Shown: one piece after another, positions 63,021-64,000 of the stretch
How the letters are laid out: each line of letters opens with the position of its first letter
How positions within the stretch are numbered: the stretch's first letter is position 1
Assembly: GCA_965225945.1 (NCBI GenBank)
Contig: CBDDBZ010000036.1
Coordinates: 1-64,000, forward strand
Source: Alphaproteobacteria bacterium
GTDB lineage: Bacteria; Pseudomonadota; Alphaproteobacteria; GCA-2731375
Length of the DNA stretch: 64,000 nucleotides
Direction of reading: 5' to 3'
Notes under the pieces: model-generated
What the model saw: only the letters and a program-made list of their open reading frames with translations
Told to the model about the DNA's origin: nothing
Databases searched by the model: none
Translations under genes and position numbers: made by a program

Positions 63021-63566
63021 ATGCGCACTCTCTTCCTCGCTCTCTCGCTCTTGCTCTCGCTCGTCTCGCCGAAGGGAATGGCCATGGCCGCCGAAGCGGA
63101 AAACACCCTCTATCTCGAACTGAAGGACGGTCGCGTGGTGATCGAGCTGCGGCCCGATCTCGCGCCGGTTCACGTCGCGCGGATCAAAGAGCTGGCGCGC
63201 GAAGAGTTCTACGACGGGATCGTCTTCCACCGGGTGCTCGAGGGCTTCATGGCCCAGACCGGCGATCCGACCGGCACCGGCCGCGGCGGCTCGGGCCAGA
63301 AGCTGGAGGCCGAGTTCTCGCCCGAGGCCAAGCATCTGCGCGGCACCACCTCGATGGCGCGGGCGAGCAGCCCAAATAGCGCCGACAGCCAGTTCTTCAT
63401 CATGCTCGCGCCCGCGCCCCATCTCGACGGCCAGTACACCGTCTGGGGCCAGGTGGTCGACGGCATGGAACATGTCGACGCCATAAAGAAAGGCAGCGGC
63501 GGCGATGGCATCGTCTCGGATCCGGACAAGATCATCACGCTGAGGGTCGCCGCCGACGTCGAGTGA
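63021..63566 (+). CDS. Cyclophilin-type peptidyl-prolyl isomerase with signal peptide
   Basis: FYDGIVFHRV, MAQTGDP, SADSQFFI, LDGQYTVWG. Confidence 0.95.
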   Translation: MRTLFLALSLLLSLVSPKGMAMAAEAENTLYLELKDGRVVIELRPDLAPVHVARIKELAREEFYDGIVFHRVLEGFMAQTGDPTGTGRGGSGQKLEAEFSPEAKHLRGTTSMARASSPNSADSQFFIMLAPAPHLDGQYTVWGQVVDGMEHVDAIKKGSGGDGIVSDPDKIITLRVAADVE

Positions 63567-63616
63567 GCGGGCGCCGCCCGCCCGGCCGGGGCCCTGGCCG
63601 GGGGAGGGGGATGGGG

Positions 63617-64000
63617 ATGCGCCTCTCGGAGTTCGACTTCGAGCTGCCGCCGGGCCGAATTGCGACGCGGCCGGCGGCGCCGCGCGATGCTGCGCGGCTA
63701 CTGTGCGTCGGGCCCGAGCCGGCCGCCGGGCCGGGCGAGTTCGCCGATCGGCGGATCGCCGACCTGCCGGAGCTGCTGCGCCCCGGCGACCTGCTGGTGG
63801 TCAACGACACCCGGGTCATTCCGGCCCGCTTGCTCGGGCGGCGGGGCGAAGTTCGCTTCGAGGCGACGCTGATCGAGCCTACCAGCCCCGGCCGCTGGCG
63901 CGCGCTGGTGCGACCCGCGCGTCGGTTGCATAGAGGCGATATCGTCATTTTCGCGGCCGGTTTTGAGGCTATTGTGCTGAATCGTGACGGTGGCGAGGTC
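63617..64000 (+). CDS. queA: SAM:tRNA ribosyltransferase-isomerase, 5' part (runs off the window)
   Basis: MRLSEFDFELPPGRIATRP..RDAARLL..PGDLLVVNDTRVIPARL; coaD-ppi-queA order. Confidence 0.92.
   Translation, partial: MRLSEFDFELPPGRIATRPAAPRDAARLLCVGPEPAAGPGEFADRRIADLPELLRPGDLLVVNDTRVIPARLLGRRGEVRFEATLIEPTSPGRWRALVRPARRLHRGDIVIFAAGFEAIVLNRDGGEV

Overview
High-GC alphaproteobacterial chromosome segment in three parts. (1) 1-32 kb: the conserved core block rplL-rpoBC, str (rpsL-rpsG-fusA-tuf), S10, spc and alpha operons, then degQ-rarA-crcB-rluC. (2) 32-50.5 kb: metabolic and transport genes (alpha/beta hydrolase, N,N-dimethylformamidase large subunit, TfoX-N, CpdA, DMT, trmFO, 5'-nucleotidase, GNAT, LLM oxidoreductase, HIBADH-like, enoyl-CoA hydratase, metA, bactofilin, frmA, TRAP dctPQM), with two unexplained intergenic structures: twin hairpins with complementary loops (36.8-37.0 kb) and a perfect 62-bp palindrome (39.35-39.41 kb). 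(3) 50.5-62.1 kb: accessory island with a non-canonical Fic protein coupled to a degenerate LpxL-like acyltransferase; a mobile-type phosphoribosyltransferase with an overlapping 36-aa ORF between two copies of the acyltransferase 3' end; a parDE module dead in both genes and bracketed by REP-like GG(T/G)GACA-N4-ACTTAA inverted repeats; and nested insertion sequences (IS256 in IS4 in IS5, an IS1380-like fragment, two IS3-type elements, and a transposase-less IS1595-type cassette carrying an LRV-repeat gene). The window ends with coaD-cyclophilin-queA (partial). Three single-base insertions in short homopolymers (rplL, 5'-nucleotidase, IS3 orfB) look like sequencing errors. All family assignments come from motif recognition; no searches were run.
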